DNA of 17,048 nucleotides from Octopus sinensis (taxonomy: Eukaryota). The position numbers and the translations under genes were made by a program. Of this stretch, positions 9,218 to 17,048 are shown piece by piece. Within the stretch, counting starts at the first letter, position 1. Each line of letters opens with the position of its first letter. The notes below the pieces were generated by a model that was given only the letters and a program-made list of their open reading frames with translations, searched no databases and had not been told where the DNA came from. The DNA is taken from contig NW_021824932.1 in the NCBI RefSeq assembly GCF_006345805.1, positions 1 to 17,048 of the forward strand, in the 5' to 3' direction.

Positions 9218-9300
9218 TGTGTGTGTGTGTGTATGTGTGTGTGTGTGTGTGTGTATGTGTGTGTGTGTATGTGTGTGTGTGTGTGTGAGTGTTTGTGAAT
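7921..9300. repeat. Compound (TA)n/(CA)n/(TG)n microsatellite field with internal direct and inverted duplications
   Basis: Read directly from the sequence. Confidence 0.95.
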
Positions 9301-9717
9301 GTATGCACAAACGTTTTCTATCCAATCCTTCCTCCACACACACACACCGCCCCCTTTGTACCTCGACTTCCGAAATGAAGACACAAAAAAAAAAAATCTC
9401 GCAGTTCGTCCATTGACCCAACGACATTGCTCTGTCAAACCCTCTTTGGACATTTTTTCCTTTAACCGGACGAAACTGTTCTCGCTCACACAACTCCGAT
9501 GTGGCATCGTCACTGACACGTTTCCAAATCGAGGTCAATTCTCATTTTTGAGTCGACTTTTATTTATTTATTTATTTTTTGTTGCATTTTTTGTTTTTTG
9601 TTGCTATTTATTGTTGTTGTTGTTGTTACTGCTGGTGATGGTGGTGCTATTTGTGCGAGTGTCTTTCAAATAGGCTTGACTTTGTAAACACGAAAACCAA
9701 ATTGCATTTCTCTGCTT

Positions 9718-9718
<1 letters not shown>

Positions 9719-9761
<43 letters not shown>

Positions 9762-10133
9762 AGACGTATATAGAGGCACATCTACACACAAGCATATATA
9801 TATATACACATACATATACATACACATATACATTTAAACATATACATACATATTTATACATATACATACATATATATATTTATACATAGATATATATATA
9901 TATCTATACATACATATATTTATACATATACATACATACATATGTACATATGCATAAATATATATACACATGCATACAGATATATACACATACATACATA
10001 TACACATGCATACAGATATATATACATACATATACATATATACATACATATACACATATACATACATATACACATATACATACATATACACATATACATA
10101 CACATATACATACACACACACACACATATACAT

Positions 10134-10166
<33 letters not shown>

Positions 10167-10198
10167 CACATACATACACACATACACACACTCACACA
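9719..10198. repeat. (TA)n/(TACA)n/(CA)n microsatellite field
   Basis: Read directly from the sequence. Confidence 0.95.
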
Positions 10199-10603
10199 TT
10201 CACAACCGTCAAATTACTTTGACGTTCGTTTTCTCGTCTATAAAAATGCCGTTTCTTTCTCCCTTTTTTTTTATCTCTTTTAATATTTTGTCATTTAGTT
10301 GTTTCCATCTCGGGTGGTGGTGGTGGGGGTGGGTCAGGTGGGCCTGAGTGAACGGAAAACGGGGAGTCACGCTTCGAAGCTAGTTCTGACACAGCGGTTA
10401 GTATAAGAGAAACTATACACAGAGGTTGTGGTTACGGCGGTGGTGACGGTGGTGGCGGTCACGGTCGGAAAGGGTCAATGGGATTCTATTGTAGGTTTTG
10501 GAAATCCGGTGGTCAGGACCAGGAAATATATTTTCTTTTGTCATTTTAACCTTTTGTTGCTGCTCTTGTTTTTGTTGTTGGGATTCTTGTATGTTTTTTT
10601 TAA

Positions 10604-10635
<32 letters not shown>

Positions 10636-10804
10636 ATATATATACGTTAAATATATATATGTGTGTATGCGTGCGCGTTGATATAAATATGGTTGATTTT
10701 TATGTTTGTATGTGTATTTATATATGAGAAGTACGTTTGTATATATAAATGTATGCGTTGATATAAGTATGTTTGCTTGTATATGTGTGTGTATGTATGT
10801 ACGT

Positions 10805-10852
<48 letters not shown>
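10604..10852. repeat. (TA)n/(TG)n low-complexity tract
   Basis: Read directly from the sequence. Confidence 0.9.
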
Positions 10853-10854
<2 letters not shown>

Positions 10855-11007
10855 AGTGGCTGTGTGGTAAGTAGCTGTTTACCAACCACATGGTTCCGGG
10901 TTCAGTCCCACTGCGTGGCACCTGGGCAAGTGTCTTCTACTATAGCCTCGGGCCGACCAAAGACTTGTGAGTGGATTTGGTAGACGGAAACTGAAAGAAG
11001 CCCGTCG

Positions 11008-11049
<42 letters not shown>

Positions 11050-11295
11050 TGTGTGGTGTGTGTGTGTGTGTGTGTGTGCGTGCGTTTGTGCGTCTGTGTT
11101 TGTCCCCCTAGCATTGCTTGACAACCGATGCTGGTGTGTTTATGTCCCCGTCACTTAGCGATTCGGCAAAAGAGACCGATAGAATAAGTACAGGGCTTAC
11201 AAAGAATAAGTCCCGGGGTCGAGTTGCTCGACCAAAGGCGGTGCTCCAGCATGGCCGCAGTCAAATGACTGAAACAAGTAAAGGAGTAAAGAGAA
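10852..11295 (+). mobile_element. tRNA-derived SINE family A, full length, with internal (TA)/(TG) microsatellite
   Basis: A box TGGCTGTGTGG, B-box-like GGTTCAGTCCC, a cc(t)tgggcaagt motif reminiscent of CORE-SINEs, and a 3' tail ggcggtgctccagcatggccgcagtcaaatgactgaaacaagta(aagagta)n. Confidence 0.93.
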
Positions 11296-11304
11296 TATAT
11301 ATAT

Positions 11305-11704
11305 GCGCAGGAGTGGCTGTGTGGTAAGTAGCTTGCTAACCAACTACATGGTTCCGGGTTCAGTCCCACTGCGTGGCATCTTGGGCAAGTGTCTTCTGCT
11401 ATAGCCCCGGGCCGACCAATGCCTTGTGAGTGGATTTGGTAGACGGAAACTGAAAGAAGCCTGTCGTATATATGTATATATATGTATGTGTGTGTGTCTG
11501 TGTTTGTCCCCCTAGCATTGCTTGACAACTGATGCTGGTGTGTTTACGTTCCCGTCACTTAGCGGTTCGGCAAAAGAGACCGATAGAATAAGTACTGGGC
11601 TTACAAAGAATAAGTCCCGGGGTCGATTTGCTCGACTAAAGGCGGTGCTCCAGCATGGCCGCAGTCAAATGACTGAAACAAGTAAAGAGAAAAGAGAGAG
11701 AAAA
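11305..11704 (+). mobile_element. tRNA-derived SINE family A, full length, second tandem copy
   Basis: Same head, body and tail as 10852-11295. Flanked by (TA)n on both sides. Confidence 0.93.
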
Positions 11705-11706
11705 TA

Positions 11707-11758
<52 letters not shown>

Positions 11759-11820
11759 TTTGTGCGTAGGTGCGTTTGTCTATATAAATGTATACGTTGA
11801 TATCAGAATAATTGTGTGTT

Positions 11821-12869
11821 TCTCATCCTCATCTCTGACATAGATGAAGGTACAACCAGCAACGTCTCATCCTTTGCTGATGACACCAGGGTCATGAGAC
11901 AAATCAAAGACGAGGTGGATACAGAGGCCTTACAAAGGACCTGACCACCATATATAAATGGCAGGAAACAAACAACATGTTGTTCAATGATAAGAAGTTT
12001 GAACTAATTCGCTACGGAACAGATCAAGATCTGAAAAATACAACAAACTACAGAAACCCATCAGGACACAAATAATGGAAAAACAGTATGTGAAGATTTA
12101 GGCATCCACATGGGAACCAGCCTAAAATTCAGAGAACACCTTAACTCAGTCTGTCTTACTGCAAGAAAGTACAGCGGGTGAATCTTGCGCACCTTCAAAT
12201 CAAGAGATACCTCAACAATGAAAACCCTCTGGAACAGTATGATACTTCCGAGGATTGACTACTGTTCTCAGTTGTGGTCACCAACAACAAAGGGCCAACT
12301 ATCTAAGATGGAATCGCTCCAAAGAAATTTTACCTCATACTTCTCAGAAACGAGGGACCTGGACTATTGGCAAAGACTCAAAACCTTAAGGATGTACTCA
12401 ATAGAAAGAAGATTTGAGCGATACCGAATTATATACATTTGGGAAATGATAGAGCAAAAGGTGCCAAACTTTGGTGTCAAAACCTACCACTCACTGCGCC
12501 ACGGAAGACGCTGCCAACTACCACCAATCAACAAAAAGGCTGGCCAGGCAGCAAAAACCCTGCGAGAGTCAAGTCTGTTGGTTCGAGGAGCACAACTATT
12601 CAACTCCATTCCGGTACATGTCAGAAATCTATCAGGATGCAGTGTGGAATCATTCAAATTGCAGCTGGATAGATACTTAAGCACCATTAGAGATGAACCC
12701 CATCTCCCAGGATATACACAACGAGCACAAACTGACTCAAACTCGCTCCTACACATGTCAAAATTAAACAGAGAATACAACCTGGCAACCACACCAGACT
12801 CTGAGGGTGGAGTCTTCGACTTGGCCTGAGCATGGACTCAAACTCAAATGAAATGAAATTAAATGAAAT
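11821..12869 (+). mobile_element. 5'-truncated CR1-group LINE; decayed ORF2 (end of the reverse transcriptase through the C-terminus)
   Basis: LILISDID..SSFADDTR (FADD at 11873-11884), KWQETNNMLFNDKKFELI, LGI, PRIDYCSQLWSP, SLLVRGAQLFNSIP, FKLQLDRYL. It has frameshifts and a stop, ends at 12829 and carries an (AAATG)n tail. Confidence 0.95.
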
Positions 12870-13280
12870 ATGTATGTTTGCGTTTGTTTATATAATTGTA
12901 TGCATTTGTGTTTGTATGTTGTGTGTATGTCTGTGTATAAGTGTGTATATGTTTGAGAGTGTTTGTGTTCAAGTGTTTCCATTGAGTGTGTGCGTGTGTA
13001 TTGTATAGTATGTGAGTGAATGTATTTTGTGTGTGTGTGTGTGTGTGTGTATTATACAATAGTTGTTTTAAGAGTGTGTGTACAAATTAGGCCATATATG
13101 TGCGTATTTCCAAAGTGTGTATGTGTGTGTGTGTGTTTATGTATCTCCTGTCTTGTGTGTGTATGTATATGAATTATACTTCGTGTGCGTGTGTGAAAAG
13201 TTATGCATGTGTGTTATCTTGTGTATATGTATCTACATTATATTATACGCGTGTATTTGTAGTGTACAGTGTGCGTGAGT
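12870..13280. repeat. Degenerate (TG)n low-complexity tract
   Basis: Read directly from the sequence. Confidence 0.85.
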
Positions 13281-13486
13281 GTCTTTGTGTCCCCCACCAC
13301 CGATTGACAAATGGTGTTGGTATGTTTACGTCCCCGAAACCTAGCGGCTCGGCAAGATAGACCGATAAAATAGGTAGTACCAGGCTTAAAAATAAAAAAA
13401 AAGTAATGGGTCGATTAGTTCGACTAAGATTCTTCAAGGCGGTGCCCCAGCATGGCCGCACTCCAATGACTGAAACAAATAAAAGA
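13281..13486 (+). mobile_element. Diverged 3' half of a SINE family A relative
   Basis: tgtttacgtcccc..acctagcgg.tcggcaa..agaccgata...ggcggtgccccagcatggccgca.tc.aatgactgaaacaa aligns with the 3' half of family A. Confidence 0.85.
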
Positions 13487-13487
13487 C

Positions 13488-13521
<34 letters not shown>

Positions 13522-13652
13522 ACACACACACACACACACACGGAGTAGCGGCCATAATAGGTCAGTAAGAACGAGTGTATCGAAATATTCATTATGGGAG
13601 ATTAAACAAAACGTTGAGACTAGATATTTTATTCATATTGAAATATATCTAA

Positions 13653-14048
13653 CTAGCAGTATCGCCCGGCGTTGCTCAGGTTTGTAAGGGAAATAACTAT
13701 ATAAGCATTTTTAGAGTTATAGCCAAAAAATAGCAAAAAAATGCATTAAAAATGGAAAAAAAAAATAATGGTAAATTTTTTTTAAATCGTTCACTCATCG
13801 TAGACATTTTTAGAGAGTTACTTCCCTTATATAATAGCGAAAAAATGCATTAAAATGGAAAAAAATGATGGTAATTTTTTTTGAAATTGTAGACTCATCG
13901 TTGACGCGCGCTAATAGCCAGAAGGGCTCGATATGAATCACGACTATAAGATGCCCGGTTTTGGTTAAACTGCACCGCAAAATGTGGGAGTAGTTAGGAA
14001 TCTAAATCGTAGGAGACAGACACGCAACTTCTCTTTTATATATAAAGA
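13653..14048 (-). mobile_element. Non-autonomous Helitron
   Basis: On the minus strand it begins TCTTTATATATAAAA and ends cctgagcaacgccggg (subterminal hairpin) ..ctgCTAG. It sits between A and T with no TSD, and removing it restores the Tc1 TIR. Confidence 0.9.
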
Positions 14049-14085
14049 TATCTATCTTTCGTGAAAATTTCAAGTGAATGAAATA

Positions 14086-14290
14086 CCGTAATCCGGGGTG
14101 AATAGGGGCAATAACCGGGGGAAAATATTTTAGAACAATAAAATGTAGATTACTCAAATTGACTCAATCGAGCACAATATGAGTCACCTCGACTTTATTA
14201 TTCTAAAGTATTTTTTCCCGGTTGTTCTAAAATATTTTTTCCGGTTATTGTCCCTATACACCCCTTAGTCCCTATTCATCCGGGATTTCG
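14086..14290. mobile_element. MITE (TA-flanked, pogo/Tigger-like termini), strongly palindromic
   Basis: Ends are TA|ccgtaatccggggtgaatagggg and tccctattcatccgggatttcg|TA. Internal arms are caataaccgg..aaaatattttagaacaa and ttgttctaaaatatttt..ccggttattg. Confidence 0.78.
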
Positions 14291-14856
14291 TAAGTTATGA
14301 GGAAATAAACAAATAACCTTCCATATTGCAGCAGCCAAAAGTTAAGGGACACTTAGATAAAATGTATTACTAACCGAGGTATTTGTTGTTGGAAGACTGT
14401 TGATGGGTTAACAGTTACATCTTATGGTCTTTACGTTATTGACACATTTGTCAACATTGCGGCTTGTGAGAGACGATCGGTGTCCTGTGATGAAAAGCAA
14501 AGGATTGTGTGCCTTCACCAAGAGGGCAAGTGAAATTCTGTGATAGCAACTACTGTATGAAGGTCTAGAAGTGTTGTGCAACGAATTGTAGCTCGTTTTA
14601 AGTCATCAGAATCGACAGATGCTAAACCCAAAGCCGGTAGACCTCGTTAAACGTAAACCAAGATAAGGTTGTATTATGGTTAGAATGTCACTGAAGGATA
14701 GGTTTAAGAGTGCTGCTGAGATATTCCGCGAGTTTAGCTCCACTTGCGATGTCAACGTATCTTGCAAAACAGTTTCTCGGGGGATACGAGGTTCTGGGTT
14801 GCTTGCTCGGGCACCGGCAAAGAAACCTCTGATCTCCAAGAAGAATCAAAGAGATC

Positions 14857-15268
14857 TATTTCTTTATTACCCACAAGGGGCTAAACACAGAGGGGACAAA
14901 CAAGGACAGACATAGTTATTAAGTCGATTACATCGACCCCAGTGCGTAACTGGTACTTAATTTATCGACCCCGAAAGGATGAAAGGCAAAGTCGACCTCA
15001 GCGGAATTTGAACTCACAACGTAACGGCAGACGAAATACCTATTTCTTTATTACCCACAAGGGGCTAAACATAGAGGGGACAAACAAGGACAGACATAGG
15101 TATTATGTCGATTACATCGACTCCAGTGCGTAACTGGTACTTAATTTATTGATCCCGAAAGGATGAAAGGCAAAGTCGAACTCAGCGGAATTTGAACTCA
15201 CAACGTAACGGCAGACGAAATACCGCTAAGCATTTCGCCCGGCGTGCCAACGATTCTGCCAGCTCACC
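14857..15268 (-). mobile_element. SINE family B head-to-tail dimer (full copy 15041-15268 plus headless copy 14857-15040)
   Basis: A perfect 17 bp TSD gaagaatcaaagagatc at 14840-14856 and 15269-15285 encloses both units. Confidence 0.95.
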
Positions 15269-15459
15269 GAAGAATCAAAGAGATCGTCTTCGTTTCGCTC
15301 ACGAACATGTCGTTTGGACAGAAGAACAGTGGTCGCAGGTTCATTGTAGCGATGAAGAGGGCTTTAATGTGGCTGGTTTCCGATGGTGGGATGTACGTCC
15401 AACGGAGAAGTGGCGAAAGGTTATCTCGTGCATGTGTGAAGCAGGCAGTGTAATGGTAC

Positions 15460-15689
15460 GGCGGCGAGCTGGCAGAAACGTTAGCACGCCAGGCGAAATG
15501 CTTAGCGGTAATTCGTCTGCGTTACGTTCTGAGTTCAAATTCCGCCGAGGTCGACTTTGCCTTTCATCCTTTCGGGGTCGATAAATTAAGTACCAGTTAC
15601 GCACTAGGGTCTATGTATTCGACTTAATACCTATGTCTGTCCTTGTTTGTCCGCTCTGTGTTTAGCCCCTTGTGGGTAATAAAGAAATA
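15460..15689 (+). mobile_element. SINE family B monomer, full length
   Basis: ggcggcgagctggcagaaacg...gggtaataaagaaata. It interrupts the transposase VMV|WG motif with a short ggta duplication (15455-15458 and 15690-15693). Confidence 0.93.
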
Positions 15690-16094
15690 GGTATGGGGAA
15701 TGATATCTGCTGCTGGTCCTGGGTCACTTAATTCGCCAACAAGGGACTGTTAATGCTGATATCTACAAGCAGATTGTTAGACAACATGCCCTTCTACATC
15801 TCCGATCCTCGTGCGGGACAACGCTCCCTGTCACACTGCGAAGAGAGTCAAAGATTGTTTGAGTGATGAAGGGGTTGCTCTCATTGACTGGCCAGCTCAA
15901 AGTCCCGATCTCAACCCTATAGAAAACGCTTGGAAGGTTATTGGAGATGTGGCGCAAAAGAGAAACCCAAAGAAACAAGATGAACTCTGGAAATTATTGA
16001 AAAACGAATGGAACAATATTACTCCATCATTTTGCAAGAAATTAATTCAGCCCCGTGGTAACAGATGTCAGGAGGTCATTGACAGTAAAAGGAT

Positions 16095-16480
16095 ACTCTT
16101 TCACTCTTTTACTCGTTTCAGTCATTTGACTGCGGCCATGCTGGAGCACCGCCTTTAGTCGAGCAAATCGACCCCGGGACTTATTCTTTGTAAGCCCAGT
16201 ACTTATTCTATCGGTCTCTTTTGCCGAACCGCTAAGTGAGGGGGACGTAAACACACTAGCATCGGTTGTCAAACAATGCTAGGGGGACAAACACAAACAC
16301 ATACATATATATATACATATATACGACAGGCTTCTTTCAGTTTCCGTCTACCAAATCCACTCACAAGGCATTGGCCGGACCGGGGCTATAGCAGAAGACA
16401 CTTGCCCAAGGTGCCACGCAGTGGGACTGAACCCGGAACCATGTGATTGGTTAGCAAGCTACTTACCACACAGCCACTCC
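16095..16480 (-). mobile_element. SINE family A, full length
   Basis: Reverse complement of 11305-11704. It interrupts the transposase C-terminus. Confidence 0.93.
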
Positions 16481-16639
16481 TGGTCCACAAAATATTAATA
16501 GTAAGGGTTTCTTTTTTGCTCTTGTTCCATTTTTCATTATTTTTCTAGGTGACCCTTAACTTTCAGCCGTTGCAATTAGGAAGATTATTTGGTTATTTCC
16601 TCATAACTTGAAATTTTCACGAAAGATAGATATTAGACA

Positions 16640-16703
16640 TGATTGATTCTGATTGATTCTAGTTTCAGCTCATGAGCTGTGGCCATGCTGGGGCACCGCC
16701 ATT
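16640..16703 (-). mobile_element. Extremely 5'-truncated LINE 3' end (~64 bp) inserted in the right Tc1 TIR
   Basis: The minus strand reads ggcggtgccccagcatggccacagctcatgagctgaaactag(aatcaatcag)n, matching the 3' UTR of the LINE at 5822-6177. It is absent from the left TIR. Confidence 0.8.
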
Positions 16704-16998
16704 CAGATATGTGTAAAATATCAAGTCTCCACGTTTTGCTAACCTTCTATAATAAATATTTCAATACACTTGTTCTTACTGGCCCTTGTATTATGGCCAC
16801 TACTGTATATATTTATACACAAACACACACTAGTGTTCCCGTGTCGTCAATAATGACGGAGCTATTATTGAAAAACATACATGATGAAAGCTGCTGAGAG
16901 TATAAGAATGTATATAAAAATGCCGAAATAACAGGAAAATAAGAAAACTATTCTTATCACTCCCCAAATCACATACAGGTTAGATTGCTTTTAATATA

Positions 16999-17048
16999 TA
17001 TTTCTTTACTGCCCACAAGGGGCTAAACATAGAGGGGACAAACAAGGA
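16999..17048 (-). mobile_element. 3' tail of a SINE family B copy, cut by the window edge
   Basis: tatttctttactgcccacaaggggctaaacatagaggggacaaacaagga matches the tails at 2934, 3119, 14857 and 15041. Confidence 0.9.

Larger units (their letters stand above)
14456..16498 (+). pseudogene. Tc1 DD34E transposase pseudogene, split by three SINE insertions
   Basis: GRPR, KKPLISKKNQRD|RLRFAHEH..WSQVHCSDE, GSVMV|WGMISAAGPG, DNAPCH-(34 residues from D to E)-WPAQSPDLNPIEN, and C-terminal KG|WSTKY*. There are several stops and frameshifts, and the likely start has mutated to ATT. Confidence 0.93.
13543..16805 (+). mobile_element. Full-length decayed Tc1-family transposon with long (~200 bp) IR/DR-type terminal inverted repeats
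   Basis: The right end reads CAGTAGTGGCCATAATA on the minus strand with TA at 16806-16807, and the left end is gagtagcggccataata. The left TIR occurs in pieces (13543-13652, 14049-14075, 14293-~14356) that match the reverse complement of ~16546-16805. Length is about 1.54 kb after removing insertions. Confidence 0.9.

Noticed and set aside
7834-10347. Many Cys/Val/His/Thr/Tyr/Ile-rich ORFs
   Set aside because: They are dinucleotide microsatellite artefacts.
10250-10347. Strong polypyrimidine tract and AG at ~10297 as exon 2 acceptor
   Set aside because: In phase with the 1158-1177 exon it reads CFHLGWWWWGWVRWA and stops at 10347, which is implausible as coding sequence.
14293-16640. Short-TIR Tc1 inserted in the centre of a separate palindromic MITE
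   Set aside because: The inverted match continues out to CAGTAGTGG..|TA at 16805 and to 13543, which fits one long IR/DR terminal repeat better.

Overview
Eukaryotic, repeat-saturated DNA, most likely an octopus (cephalopod) intron or gene-start region, judged from three tRNA-derived SINE families I recognise as octopus-type and from dense (TA)n/(CA)n/(TACA)n/(GACA)n tracts. There is no intact protein-coding gene. The only host-gene candidate is a short start-codon exon near 1158-1177 (MSDTNF.., strong Kozak context, GTGAGT donor). The rest is a record of mobile DNA. It includes a full-length decayed IR/DR-type Tc1 (DD34E) element (13543-16805) carrying six nested insertions, two maT/mariner-like transposase fragments, and CR1-group LINE fragments whose 3' stem-loop is shared with a SINE. 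There are also about ten SINE insertions (two of them dimers with the same junction), a non-autonomous Helitron, a MITE, and tandem arrays with 24, 129, 158 and 405 bp units. The best leads are hammerhead-ribozyme-like (Penelope/retrozyme-like) motifs in two tandem arrays, the recurrent SINE dimer, a ~135-167 bp duplication flanking one SINE insertion, and the covarying LINE/SINE 3' hairpin. I cannot support a wholly new biological system from sequence alone. Most ORFs in the supplied track are microsatellite or repeat artefacts.
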